From the NCBI GenBank assembly GCA_951406725.2, contig OX597819.1, forward strand, positions 12,648,001 through 12,712,000: a stretch of DNA of 64,000 bases. Reading direction: 5' to 3'. Numbering within the stretch: position 1 is the first letter of the stretch; every line of letters starts with the position of its first letter. Position numbers and translations under genes: made by a program. The notes below the pieces were generated by a model. The model was not told the origin of the DNA, made no database searches, and saw only the letters and a list, made by a program, of their open reading frames with translations. The DNA is from Octopus vulgaris (Eukaryota). Positions 63,854-64,000 of the stretch are shown in pieces.

Positions 63854-64000
63854 TTATATTTATGCGGAATGAGATTTTTTTAAAGTTTTCATCTTCCAGC
63901 TTCATTCACAGGGTTTTGGTTGGCCTGAGGCTTTAGTAGAAGATACTTTCCCAAGTTGACATGGAGTGGGATTGAACCCAAAGCCGTGTGGTTAGGATGT

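Overview
Eukaryotic, AT-rich, repeat-dense genomic DNA. The SINE/LINE complement and microsatellites suggest an octopus (coleoid cephalopod); this is inferred, not proven. The window lies inside one + strand multi-exon gene, phosphatidylinositol 4-kinase alpha (PI4KA/PI4KIII-alpha). 19 GT-AG coding exons from 12757 to 62857 splice in consistent phase and encode the N-terminal helical region. The first exon and the kinase domain lie outside the window. Introns are filled with tRNA-derived SINEs, RTE and R4/Dong-type LINE ends, hAT/piggyBac/Tc1-mariner/Sola-like MITEs, non-autonomous Helitrons, a Helentron-type element and minisatellites. Most notable: (1) several Penelope-type minimal hammerhead ribozyme motifs, including a tRNA-headed (Pol III) SINE whose tail is a hammerhead module, a core-intact sense-strand hammerhead at 44937-45000, and long hairpins that fold back at or near the ribozyme; (2) a candidate 108-nt frame-preserving cassette exon with a GC donor and UGCAUG/YCAY motifs; (3) an in-frame, stop-free 114-nt intron; (4) three ~100-bp locally templated duplications joined to mobile elements.
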